Shown here: positions 29,709 through 39,317 of the stretch, piece after piece
Layout: every line of letters begins with the position of its first letter
Numbering within the stretch: the first letter of the stretch is position 1
NCBI GenBank assembly: GCA_902615745.1
Contig: CACMQB010000002.1
Coordinates: forward strand, 151,936 to 215,935
Length of the DNA stretch: 64,000 bases
Direction: 5' to 3'
Source of the DNA: an uncultured Alphaproteobacteria bacterium
Lineage (GTDB): Bacteria; Pseudomonadota; Alphaproteobacteria; HIMB59; GCA-002718135
Program-made: the position numbers and the translations under genes
Notes under the pieces: generated by a model
The model's input: only the letters and a program-made list of their open reading frames with translations
What the model was told of the DNA's origin: nothing
Database searches by the model: none

Positions 29709-30587
29709 ATGAATAATAATATTCGAGCAATCTTATTAACTGTGTCCGGATCATTTTTTGCAGTTTTAATGGAGGCACTTATTCGTGCAGCTCAATATGA
29801 TTCAAATGTGTACACAATAGGTTTTTTAAGATTTTTTTTTGGATTTGTAATTATTTTCCCATTTTTAATAAAAAATAAATTCACCACATATAAAACAAAA
29901 AATTTTAAATTTTATTTAATTCGAGGTCTTTTAAATTTACCCATGATGATACTGGGTTTTGGTGCATTAATTTATATTCCATTTGAGCAATTCAAAGCTC
30001 TAAATTTTTTGAGTCCTATAATTGTAGTTTTATTAAGTTTCATAATTTTTAGAGAAAAAATTTATATGTTTCGTGTTCTAACATTAGTAATTGGTTTTAT
30101 TGGTATGTTAATAATTATAAGACCTGGATATGTTGATTTTAATATTGGGACAATTATGGTTTTGACTGCTCTAATTTTTTGGTCATTTATAATTATTTTA
30201 TCTAAGTTTGTTTCAAAAGATGATTCACCTATCACGATGGTAACTTATCAGTATACATTAATGACTATTTTTGCATTACCTCTTGCGATATATTTTTGGC
30301 AAATGCCTTCTCTAACTTCATTTATATACGTTTTTGTGGCAGCAATTTCTGGAACAATTTTACATTTGGCTCTAGCATTATCTTATAAATATGCAGATCT
30401 TTCTGTTACTCAACCTGTTTGGTTTACTGGTTTAATTTTTGGATCTGCATTTGGTTATTTTGCATTTAATGAATATCCTGATTTTTGGACATGGATTGGC
30501 GGTATTGTAGTATTTTCTTCGGTTTTATTGATTACTTATAGAGAAAAAGACTCAAAAAAAATGCGAGAAAACAGCAATATTACATAA
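29709..30587 (+). CDS. EamA/DMT family transporter
   Basis: 10 TM. Shares blocks with the previous ORF (GFLRF.FGF, LTRG/LIRG.LN.PMM.LGF, ITYRE). Confidence 0.8.
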   Translation: MNNNIRAILLTVSGSFFAVLMEALIRAAQYDSNVYTIGFLRFFFGFVIIFPFLIKNKFTTYKTKNFKFYLIRGLLNLPMMILGFGALIYIPFEQFKALNFLSPIIVVLLSFIIFREKIYMFRVLTLVIGFIGMLIIIRPGYVDFNIGTIMVLTALIFWSFIIILSKFVSKDDSPITMVTYQYTLMTIFALPLAIYFWQMPSLTSFIYVFVAAISGTILHLALALSYKYADLSVTQPVWFTGLIFGSAFGYFAFNEYPDFWTWIGGIVVFSSVLLITYREKDSKKMRENSNIT

Positions 30588-30668
30588 TTTCATCATAAAT
30601 TTAATTTTCAGAAACTATTGAAATACAATCATTATTTTTGTAGAATTTTTTAATTATTGGGAGGTAAT

Positions 30669-31877
30669 ATGAAATTACTAGTAAAATTATTTTTAATTTC
30701 TTTAACTATTCTTCCATTCGCTAAAACTACTTCTGCAGAAGAATTAATCATTTGGAGTAGAGGTGGATGGTCAGACTGGATGGTTGAAGGGTTTAATAAA
30801 AAAATGGCTGACGAAGGAAAAGATATCGTTGCTATTAACAACCTTATTGGTCATGCTGACTTTCAGGTTAAATTTACAGCTGCACTTGCTGCTGGTGAAA
30901 GAGTTGATGTTGCAAACATCGACTTAATTAACGTACCTTATTATGCTGCAATAGGTGCATTAGAAGATATGACTGACTTTTTAAAGTCACAACCATATTA
31001 TGATCAATTAAATGGTCCAATGCTTGCTTTAGGATCTTATGATGGAACACACTTTGCTGCACCAAATGCTGCTGATGTGTCTGGTTATGTTTATAATAAA
31101 AAACTTATGCCAAACCCACCAAAAGATTGGGCTGAGATGACAAGTATGTGTGAAGACTTTGCTGCTAGAGGACAACTAATGATGGCTTGGCCTTCAAAAA
31201 GTTATGGCGGTATGATCTTTACAGGTATGCCAGTTGCTTGGGCAAATGGCGGTTCATGGGTAAGTAAAGATGGTAAAACAGCTGAGTTAAATCATCCAAA
31301 AACAGTTGAATGGTTTAAGCATTACCAAAATTTAATTAATATTGGTTGTGTGCCAGAAAACGTAGATGTTTGGGATTGGCCAGATAAACAAGATGGTTTC
31401 CTAGCAGGTGATATCGCAATGATTGGTACAGGTAACTTCATGATTAATGTTGTTAAAGATCACACAGAAAAAGTAGATGCTGGATTTACAGCATTTATGG
31501 GTAGTGATGGTTCAAGAAATTCAGCATTTATCGGAGGTGACTTAATCGCAATCCCAGTTACAACTGGCGCTAAAGAAGCAGCTCTTGAATATATTGAATA
31601 TGTATTATCTGAAGCTGGTCAAATCGAAGTATATACTAAAAACGGTGGTATACCAATTCGAGCAGATCTATTTGAAGGTAATCCATACCTAACTGATGAT
31701 CACATGGTATTTGCAAATGCATCTACTGTTGGAGATGTTCCTTATACAACTGTTTATCAGGAGTTAATGGATCCATGGCAAGTAGCAAATCAACGAATTT
31801 TTGCTGGTGAAGATGTGCAGACGGTTCTTGATGAACAAAATGCAATCATGCAAAAAATCATTGATGCTGGTCATTAA
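30669..31877 (+). CDS. ABC sugar transporter substrate-binding protein (family 1 SBP)
   Basis: Signal peptide MKLLVKLFLISLTILPFAKTTSA after the RBS gggagg. Trp/Gly-rich SBP fold. Heads an SBP-permease-permease-ATPase operon. Confidence 0.8.
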   Translation: MKLLVKLFLISLTILPFAKTTSAEELIIWSRGGWSDWMVEGFNKKMADEGKDIVAINNLIGHADFQVKFTAALAAGERVDVANIDLINVPYYAAIGALEDMTDFLKSQPYYDQLNGPMLALGSYDGTHFAAPNAADVSGYVYNKKLMPNPPKDWAEMTSMCEDFAARGQLMMAWPSKSYGGMIFTGMPVAWANGGSWVSKDGKTAELNHPKTVEWFKHYQNLINIGCVPENVDVWDWPDKQDGFLAGDIAMIGTGNFMINVVKDHTEKVDAGFTAFMGSDGSRNSAFIGGDLIAIPVTTGAKEAALEYIEYVLSEAGQIEVYTKNGGIPIRADLFEGNPYLTDDHMVFANASTVGDVPYTTVYQELMDPWQVANQRIFAGEDVQTVLDEQNAIMQKIIDAGH

Positions 31878-31903
31878 TAGATAAAACATTGTAGGCGAAA
31901 CTT

Positions 31904-32782
31904 ATGAGTAGATTACGAAAAGAACAACTCGTTGGTCTTTTAATGGTTTCGCCTGCACTAATTTTACTTGCAGTTTTCTTTCTTTATCCTCTTGTAAATT
32001 CTTTTTACATGTCATTTCACAAATGGCCACTTTTTGGAAAACCTAAGTGGGTAGGTCTGGATAACTATATTTTTATGTTCCAGGATGAACGCTTCTGGGA
32101 GTCTTTGAAATTTACTTTTGTTTATACTTTAACTGTTACACCAATGTTGTTTGTTGTCGCTATTGGAACTGCACTATTATGTAACGCAAAAGCTTGGGGA
32201 ACAACTTTTTTTAGAAGTATCTATTTTTTACCTGTAGTTATGTCTTTTGCCACAGCTAGCTATGTATGGTTATGGCTCTACAGTGAAATGTATGGAGTTA
32301 TCGTTTATGCATTAGAATTTTTCGGTTTTGGTGGAGAAAATAAAAATCTTAATGTGTGGAAAACAGGAACATCTTCAATGTGGGCCGTTAATGCTATGGT
32401 TACGTGGAAGTTTTCTGGTATCCAAATGATTATTTTGATAGCCGGATTACAAGCTATTAGAGATGATTATTACGAAGCATCTAAATTAATGGGAGCCTCA
32501 CGATGGCAAACAATTTGGAATGTAACACTTCCTCTACTTCGACCTTCAATTGCCCTTGCTTTAATTTTATCGATAGCAGGTTCAATTCAAGCATATGAAC
32601 AATTTGTAATCATGACAAGAGGTGGTCCTTCAAACTCTACTAAAACACTTGTTATGCATACTGTTGATATGGGATTTGATTATTTCAAATTAGGTCCAGC
32701 TGCATCTCTTGGTGTAATTATAATGATAATACTTTTTGTACTTACTGTAATTCAATTACGTTTATTTAGAAAGAATTACTAA
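31904..32782 (+). CDS. ABC sugar transporter permease, MalF/UgpA type
   Basis: 6 TM with EAA loop YYEASKLMGASRWQTIWNVTLPLLRP. Confidence 0.85.
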   Translation: MSRLRKEQLVGLLMVSPALILLAVFFLYPLVNSFYMSFHKWPLFGKPKWVGLDNYIFMFQDERFWESLKFTFVYTLTVTPMLFVVAIGTALLCNAKAWGTTFFRSIYFLPVVMSFATASYVWLWLYSEMYGVIVYALEFFGFGGENKNLNVWKTGTSSMWAVNAMVTWKFSGIQMIILIAGLQAIRDDYYEASKLMGASRWQTIWNVTLPLLRPSIALALILSIAGSIQAYEQFVIMTRGGPSNSTKTLVMHTVDMGFDYFKLGPAASLGVIIMIILFVLTVIQLRLFRKNY

Positions 32783-33709
32783 GTGAGACGTTACTCATCG
32801 GATTGGTACTGGTATTATGCAATTAATTATACTTTAGTTATAATAATTATTTTTCCAATTTATTGGACACTTATTTCTTCATTTAAAAAACCTAGTGAGC
32901 TAATTACTAGTGAGCCTACTTTTTATCCTCATGATTTAACTTTGCAGTATTATGATCAAATTTGGAATTTTGATAGACTTAAAAGACTTCAAGATACTGA
33001 GTCTGAAGATTCAGAATCATCTGGTGTTGAAATTGAGAGCAAATTTCGACTTGATGGTGAAGGAGTCAAAAGACCTTTTATGAATAGTGCAATAGTTTCA
33101 GCTGGAACAATTATATTAACTATTATTGTTTGTACCTTAGGCGGATATGCACTGACTGTTTTAAATACTCCTTTAAAAAATTTTTTTTTCTTATTAGTAA
33201 TATTACCAATTTTAATACCAGGTATTTCTCTAATAATTCCTCTCTATAAATTATTAAAAGACCTTGGCCTTACTAATACTCATTTAGGTTTAATCTTAAT
33301 TCATACTTGTGGCATGTTGCCTTTAGGAATCTTTATGATGAGAAATGCGTTTAATAGTATTCCTTCCTCATTAAGAGAAGTAGCAATGCTTGAAGGATCA
33401 AGTGAATTAAAAATTATTACTTCTGTTATGCTGCCGTTAGCAATTCCCGGTCTTTTAACAGTTATGGTTTTTGCAATGTATGTTTCCTGGAATGATTACA
33501 TTTATGCTTTTATATTTATAAATTCACCAGAAAATACAATGTTAAATATTTCATTAATGAAAATTGCATTAGGTGGATCTCAATTTGAAATGAAATGGGG
33601 AAGTCTAACAGCGGGCTCAATTGTTAGTTTTCTTCCAATAATAATTTTTTATACTTTTCTTCAGCAATATTTTGTTAGAGGAGTTACAGGAAGCGCAGTT
33701 AAAGAATAG
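32783..33709 (+). CDS. ABC sugar transporter permease, MalG/UgpE type (copy 1)
   Basis: GTG start abuts the upstream TAA. EAA loop LREVAMLEGSSELKIITSVMLPLAIPG. Acidic Ser/Glu-rich insert after TM1. Confidence 0.85.
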   Translation: MRRYSSDWYWYYAINYTLVIIIIFPIYWTLISSFKKPSELITSEPTFYPHDLTLQYYDQIWNFDRLKRLQDTESEDSESSGVEIESKFRLDGEGVKRPFMNSAIVSAGTIILTIIVCTLGGYALTVLNTPLKNFFFLLVILPILIPGISLIIPLYKLLKDLGLTNTHLGLILIHTCGMLPLGIFMMRNAFNSIPSSLREVAMLEGSSELKIITSVMLPLAIPGLLTVMVFAMYVSWNDYIYAFIFINSPENTMLNISLMKIALGGSQFEMKWGSLTAGSIVSFLPIIIFYTFLQQYFVRGVTGSAVKE

Positions 33710-33717
33710 GGGGTTAT

Positions 33718-34773
33718 ATGTATTCTGTAGATTTAAAAAATGTAACAAAAAAATGGGGAGATGTTACTGCTGTCGATCAAGTAAATCTCCATATTAATGA
33801 AGGTGAATTCGTTGTACTTTTAGGTCCCTCAGGATGTGGTAAAACAACTACGATGCGTCTTGTTGCTGGATTAGAAGATATAACTGATGGTGAGATAAAA
33901 ATTGGTGACGAAATTGTAAATGATGTTGACCCAAGAAAAAGAGATGTATCAATGGTATTTCAAAATTATAGTCTTTTCCCCCACATGACTGTTAGAAATA
34001 ATATTGCTTATCCTCTAAAAATGAAAAAAATTCCTAATTCAGAACATGATAAACTTATTAAAGAAGTTTCTTCACTTGTTGAATTGCAAGATTTATTACA
34101 CCGTAAACCAGCCGAACTATCAGGTGGTCAAAGACAACGTGTTGCTCTAGCAAGAGCAATAGTTCGTCAACCACGTGTTTTTTTAATGGATGAGCCTCTT
34201 TCAAATCTTGATGCTATATTGAGAGTTACGACGAGAGCAGAATTAAAAAATCTACATCACCGACTTGGTGTAACAACAATATATGTAACACATGATCAAG
34301 TAGAGGCAATGACACTTGCAAATAGAATTGCTGTTATGAATCACGGTAAACTTTTGCAGTTTGATAAACCACAGGTAATATTTGATGATCCTTCTTCTAA
34401 ATTTGTTGCTGGTTTTATTGGTTCACCTGCAATGAATTTGATTGATGGCCGTGTAGAAAACAAAAAATTTATTTCTGATAGTCTTACCACATCTTTTGAT
34501 ATTGATTATGAAGGTGATATTACACTTGGAGTAAGACCTGATAAAATTCAAATAGTTAATGATACTGATACAAATAATGGATCTGCAAAAGTTTATTCTG
34601 TCGAATTAACCGGTGAAGCAAATCTAGTAACATTTAAATCAAATAATCAAAATCTAATTGTCAAAACAGATAAAAATACACATTATGATATTGATTCCGT
34701 TTTAAAATTAAATTTCAATAAAGAAGATTGTTACTTTTTTGATATAAATAGTGAGGAGAGATTGAGAATATGA
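33718..34773 (+). CDS. ABC sugar transporter ATP-binding protein (MalK/UgpC type)
   Basis: Walker A GPSGCGKTT, LSGGQRQRVALARA, Walker B FLMDEPLS, and a C-terminal regulatory/TOBE-like domain. Confidence 0.9.
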   Translation: MYSVDLKNVTKKWGDVTAVDQVNLHINEGEFVVLLGPSGCGKTTTMRLVAGLEDITDGEIKIGDEIVNDVDPRKRDVSMVFQNYSLFPHMTVRNNIAYPLKMKKIPNSEHDKLIKEVSSLVELQDLLHRKPAELSGGQRQRVALARAIVRQPRVFLMDEPLSNLDAILRVTTRAELKNLHHRLGVTTIYVTHDQVEAMTLANRIAVMNHGKLLQFDKPQVIFDDPSSKFVAGFIGSPAMNLIDGRVENKKFISDSLTTSFDIDYEGDITLGVRPDKIQIVNDTDTNNGSAKVYSVELTGEANLVTFKSNNQNLIVKTDKNTHYDIDSVLKLNFNKEDCYFFDINSEERLRI

Positions 34774-36716
34774 ACATTACAGATACAAAAATAAATAACG
34801 GTTTTTGGAAAGAGAGAAAAGAATTAAACAAAAGCGTTTCTTTATATGCAGTTTTAAAATCATTTGAAGATACTGGAAGAATTAGAGCGCTGACTGGTGA
34901 CAATGATCCTGTGAAAGAAAGGCCACATATTTTTTGGGAGTCAGATCTAGCAAAATTAATGGAAGGTGCCTTCTTTTCTATGCAGCAAGAAAAGGATGAA
35001 AAATTAGAACAAATATGTGATTCAATTATTGATAAAATTATCGCTAACCAAGAGGAAGATGGTTATTTAAATTATTTTTTCTCAAAACATGAACCAGATA
35101 ATAAATTTACGAATTTAAGAGATAGACATGAATTATATTGTGCAGGACATTTACTGGAATCTGCAGTTGAACATCATAAAGCGACAGGAAATTCAAAATT
35201 TTTCGATGCTATGGAAAGATATGTTGATCATATTATTTCTAAATTTGGAAAAGAAGAAGGGAAGATGAGAGGCTATCCTGGTCATCAAGAAATTGAATTA
35301 GCACTTGTAAAAGCTTATGAGCATACAAATAAGAAAAAATTTCTTGATCTTGCAACTTACTTTATAGACGAACGTGGAACCCACGATAAACCCGAAGATC
35401 ATTATTATGTAAAAGAAAAAAAGAAATTAATGGAAAAAGAAGGTGAAATTGATTTTTCATTATTGCCGTCAGCAATGAGAGATTTTGCAGCTTTCGATCA
35501 AGATTTCATGGGTAAAACATTTAGAGATTTGCATTATTGGCAGGCTCATGAGAGGCCAGTTGATCAAAAGACAGCTGAAGGACATTCTGTAAGAGCTCTG
35601 TACATGTTTACTGCCATGGCGGACTTAGCAAGATTAAATAATGATGAGCAAATGTTAAAGGCTTGTAAAACTTTATGGAGAAATATTGTTGATAAAAGAA
35701 TGTATGTACACAGTGGTGTTGGAAGTGCTCATATAGGTGAGAGATTTACTTTTGATTATGATTTACCTAATGACATGGCTTATGCTGAGACATGTGCAAC
35801 AATAGCGCTAATTTATTTTGCTAATAGAATGTCAAAGATAGAATTAAATAGTGAGTATGGTGATATTGTTGAAAATAGTTTGTATAATTTATTACTAGCT
35901 AGCACTTCACTTGATGGAAAAGGATTTTTCTATGACAATTATTTAGAATGTAATCCTGGTTATTTACATTCGCAACAAAGAAGACATGGGGTAAGAGATG
36001 AATATCATAAGTGTTCTTGTTGTCCTCCAAATATCACACGTCTATTTGCAAGTATGGATATGTACATTTACAATGAATTTGAAGATTCATTAGTAATTGA
36101 TCAGTATATTTCATCAGAAACTAATTTTATGAATAAGCCTCAGGGTATAAAACTAAATCAAACCAGTGAATTCCCTCATAAAGGATATTCAAAAATTGAA
36201 ATAACTGACTCAGCTAATAAAGAAACTGCCATTTATTTCAGAATTCCTTCATGGGATAAGAACATGCAAATTAATCTTAATGGATCTAAAGTCGATTATG
36301 AAGTTGTTAATGGGTATGCAAAAATAAATAAAATTTGGAAAAAAAATGATGTTATTGAATTACATTTTGATTTTTCACCAAGGTATGTTCGAACTAATCC
36401 CAATGTAAGATACAATGTAGGAAGAGCATGTTTATTTAGAGGCCCTGTTCTTTATTGTCTAGAAGAACATGATAATGGTAATTACTTAAATAAATTAGTT
36501 TTAAATACAAATAATAATCTTGATGAAAAAAATGAAAAAATAAATTCTGAAGATATTATTTCTTTAACAACTAAAGGTTTTAAATTTAAAGATACTGATA
36601 ATTTATATATTCAAGATAAACCTGATATGATGGAAACATCACTCAAGTTTATTCCATATTATTGCTGGTCTAACAGAGGCGAAAATGAAATGTTAGTATG
36701 GGTTAATGAAAATTAA
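34770..36716 (+). CDS. GH127 beta-L-arabinofuranosidase family protein (DUF1680)
   Basis: 648 aa. Cys-rich catalytic/zinc signature HKCSCCPPNITR and ELYCAGHLLE. The ATGA overlap with the ATPase stop suggests translational coupling. Confidence 0.8.
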   Translation: MNITDTKINNGFWKERKELNKSVSLYAVLKSFEDTGRIRALTGDNDPVKERPHIFWESDLAKLMEGAFFSMQQEKDEKLEQICDSIIDKIIANQEEDGYLNYFFSKHEPDNKFTNLRDRHELYCAGHLLESAVEHHKATGNSKFFDAMERYVDHIISKFGKEEGKMRGYPGHQEIELALVKAYEHTNKKKFLDLATYFIDERGTHDKPEDHYYVKEKKKLMEKEGEIDFSLLPSAMRDFAAFDQDFMGKTFRDLHYWQAHERPVDQKTAEGHSVRALYMFTAMADLARLNNDEQMLKACKTLWRNIVDKRMYVHSGVGSAHIGERFTFDYDLPNDMAYAETCATIALIYFANRMSKIELNSEYGDIVENSLYNLLLASTSLDGKGFFYDNYLECNPGYLHSQQRRHGVRDEYHKCSCCPPNITRLFASMDMYIYNEFEDSLVIDQYISSETNFMNKPQGIKLNQTSEFPHKGYSKIEITDSANKETAIYFRIPSWDKNMQINLNGSKVDYEVVNGYAKINKIWKKNDVIELHFDFSPRYVRTNPNVRYNVGRACLFRGPVLYCLEEHDNGNYLNKLVLNTNNNLDEKNEKINSEDIISLTTKGFKFKDTDNLYIQDKPDMMETSLKFIPYYCWSNRGENEMLVWVNEN

Positions 36717-36731
36717 TTTTAATTAGTTTAA

Positions 36732-37592
36732 TTGATGCAAAAATATAAAACAGATTGGTATTTATATTATCTTATAAATGTCACTTTGATTATTCTTGTT
36801 TCATTTCCTATTTATTGGGCTTTTGTTTCATCTATAAAACCACCTGATGAATTAATAACAAATACCCCAACACTCTTTCCTATAAATCCAACATTTGAAA
36901 GTTATGAAAAAATTTGGAACTTAGAGCCCACTAGCTCTAGAGGTAATGTAAGATCTGCATTTACAAATAGTGCAATTGTTTCAATTGGAACTGTAGTGGT
37001 TTCAGCAGTTATTTCTACTTTAGCTGCATATGCTCTTACTATTTTAAGAACACCATTTAGACATTTTATTTTTTTACTTATAATTATGCCAATTTTAATA
37101 CCTGGAATATCACTCCTAATTCCTCTTTATAAATTAGTAAAAGAGCTTGGATTGATGAACTCATATTTAGGCTTAATCTTAATTCACTCCACAGGCATGC
37201 TAACTTTAGGTGTTTTTTTAATGAGAAATGCTTTTATGAGTATACCAACATCTTTACGTGAGGTAGCTTTGTTAGAGGGTTCTAGTGAGTTACGAATTAT
37301 GTTTACTGTGATGTTGCCATTAGCCATACCAGGTCTTTTAACACTCATGGTTTTTGCTCTTTATGGTTCATGGAATGATTTTATTTTAGCTTTTCTCTTT
37401 GTAAATACGATTGATATGGAAATGTTAAATGTTTTCCTAATGAAATTAACATTTGCAGGATCTCAATTTGATACTTTTTGGGGGCTTTTAAATGCCGGAG
37501 CAATAATAAGTTTTGTACCAATTATAATTTTCTATATTTTTCTTCAACAATACTTTGTTAGGGGAGTGACTGGAAGTGCCGTAAAAGAGTAA
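36732..37592 (+). CDS. ABC sugar transporter permease, MalG/UgpE type (copy 2)
   Basis: EAA loop LREVALLEGSSELRIMFTVMLPLAIPG and tail QQYFVRGVTGSAVKE identical to copy 1. TTG at 36732 or ATG at 36735. Confidence 0.85.
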   Translation: MMQKYKTDWYLYYLINVTLIILVSFPIYWAFVSSIKPPDELITNTPTLFPINPTFESYEKIWNLEPTSSRGNVRSAFTNSAIVSIGTVVVSAVISTLAAYALTILRTPFRHFIFLLIIMPILIPGISLLIPLYKLVKELGLMNSYLGLILIHSTGMLTLGVFLMRNAFMSIPTSLREVALLEGSSELRIMFTVMLPLAIPGLLTLMVFALYGSWNDFILAFLFVNTIDMEMLNVFLMKLTFAGSQFDTFWGLLNAGAIISFVPIIIFYIFLQQYFVRGVTGSAVKE

Positions 37593-37593
37593 C

Positions 37594-38490
37594 ATGAAAA
37601 GGTATTCATCTGATTGGTATTGGTATTATGTTATAAACTATGCTTTAGTAGTTATAATATTATTCCCTATTTACTGGACTTTTATTTCTTCTGTTAAAGT
37701 TCCAGATGAATTAATTACAAGTAACCCAACTTTCTATCCTCATAATTGGACATGGGAGTACTATGACACAACATGGAACTTCGATGATGAAATGAGAACT
37801 AAACTGCAAAAAAAAATATCTGGAAGTACAACCATAACAGCAGGTATTGAAAGAGCTTTTTTTAATAGTAGTATAGTCACATTAGGAACTATTGTTCTAT
37901 CTTTAATCGTTTCAACACTAGCTGGTTATTCTTTAACTTTTTTTAGGATACCATTTAAAGAAGCAATTTTTATAGCATTAATTTTACCGATATTAATTCC
38001 TGCAGTTTCATTGATTATACCAATCTATAAATTACTTAAATCTCTTGGCTTAACAGATACTCATATTGGATTAATATTTTTACATGCAACAGGTATGCTG
38101 CCTATTGGTGTTTTTATGATGAGAAATGCATTTAGTAGTATTCCTTCATCATTGAGAGAGGTAGCTTTGTTAGAGGGAACTTCAGAATTAAGAATTATGA
38201 CTACAATAATGATACCTCTGGCAGTGCCAGGATTATTAACAGTAATGGTTTTTGCCTTATATATTTCATGGAATGATTACATCTTGGCTTTCATATATAT
38301 AAATAGTCCAGAAAATATTATGCTTAATACTACACTTGCCAAAATAGCACTCGGAGGTGCTAAATTTGAAATGAAATGGGGTAATTTAACAGCAGGTTCA
38401 ATTATAAGTTTTATACCAATTATTATTATTTATTCAATTTTACAAAGATACTTTATTAGAGGTATTACAGGAAGTGCCGTTAAAGAATAA
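37594..38490 (+). CDS. ABC sugar transporter permease, MalG/UgpE type (copy 3)
   Basis: N-terminus MKRYSSDWYWYYVINY matches copy 1 (MRRYSSDWYWYYAINY). EAA loop conserved. 1-nt gap from copy 2. Confidence 0.85.
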   Translation: MKRYSSDWYWYYVINYALVVIILFPIYWTFISSVKVPDELITSNPTFYPHNWTWEYYDTTWNFDDEMRTKLQKKISGSTTITAGIERAFFNSSIVTLGTIVLSLIVSTLAGYSLTFFRIPFKEAIFIALILPILIPAVSLIIPIYKLLKSLGLTDTHIGLIFLHATGMLPIGVFMMRNAFSSIPSSLREVALLEGTSELRIMTTIMIPLAVPGLLTVMVFALYISWNDYILAFIYINSPENIMLNTTLAKIALGGAKFEMKWGNLTAGSIISFIPIIIIYSILQRYFIRGITGSAVKE

Positions 38491-38495
38491 AAGCT

Positions 38496-39314
38496 ATGTC
38501 TTTTATTTTTAAGGACAAGTTTTGGTACTATACGATTAATACTGTTTTATCTATTTTAATATTATTTCCTGTTCTAATAATATTAATTCTTTCTCTTAAA
38601 ACTACAACTGAAATTAGGTTTGATAATTTTTTAAGTAAATTTACTTTGAATAATTTTTTTACTATTTGGGATTTAGAAATAAGAACAAATAAAAATACTT
38701 TCAAACAATCTTTTTTTAATAGTTTAGTTGTAACAAGCGGAACTGTCATATTATCATTAGTTATTAATGTATTAGCAGGCTATGCCATTTCATTACTAAA
38801 AATACCCTATAAAAAATTTATATTTATTTTATTAATTTTACCTTTTTTAATTCCAGTTTATTCAATAATTATTCCTTTATATATTTTGCTCTATAAAATT
38901 AATTTAAATGATAGTTATTTAGGTTTAATTTTCATTTATACTATTTATGTTCTTCCAATTGGATTTTTTTTAATGTTCAATTCTTTTAATAGTATTCCTA
39001 AATCTTTAAGAGAAGTAGCAATTTTAAATGATAGTTCAGAATTAAAAATACTTTTTTCAATTATGCTTCCATTAGCTATCCCTGGTTTAATTACTTTAAT
39101 TATATTTGCTATCTATATTTCTTGGACAGATTATTTGCTCGCATTTATTATTATGAACTCGGCTGATATGCAAATGTTAAATGTTACTCTTTCTAAAATT
39201 GGGTTTAGGTCAATTTATCCATATGCTGGATATGTAATTTCTTACCTACCTTTCATGATTATTTTCATTTTGCTTCAAAAATTCTATTTTAAGAGTATAA
39301 TTTCATCATCTTGA
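38496..39314 (+). CDS. ABC sugar transporter permease, MalG/UgpE type (copy 4, divergent and AT-richer)
   Basis: EAA loop LREVAILNDSSELKILFSIMLPLAIPG is retained, but the C-terminal tail is different and shorter. Confidence 0.75.
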   Translation: MSFIFKDKFWYYTINTVLSILILFPVLIILILSLKTTTEIRFDNFLSKFTLNNFFTIWDLEIRTNKNTFKQSFFNSLVVTSGTVILSLVINVLAGYAISLLKIPYKKFIFILLILPFLIPVYSIIIPLYILLYKINLNDSYLGLIFIYTIYVLPIGFFLMFNSFNSIPKSLREVAILNDSSELKILFSIMLPLAIPGLITLIIFAIYISWTDYLLAFIIMNSADMQMLNVTLSKIGFRSIYPYAGYVISYLPFMIIFILLQKFYFKSIISSS

Positions 39315-39317
39315 AAT

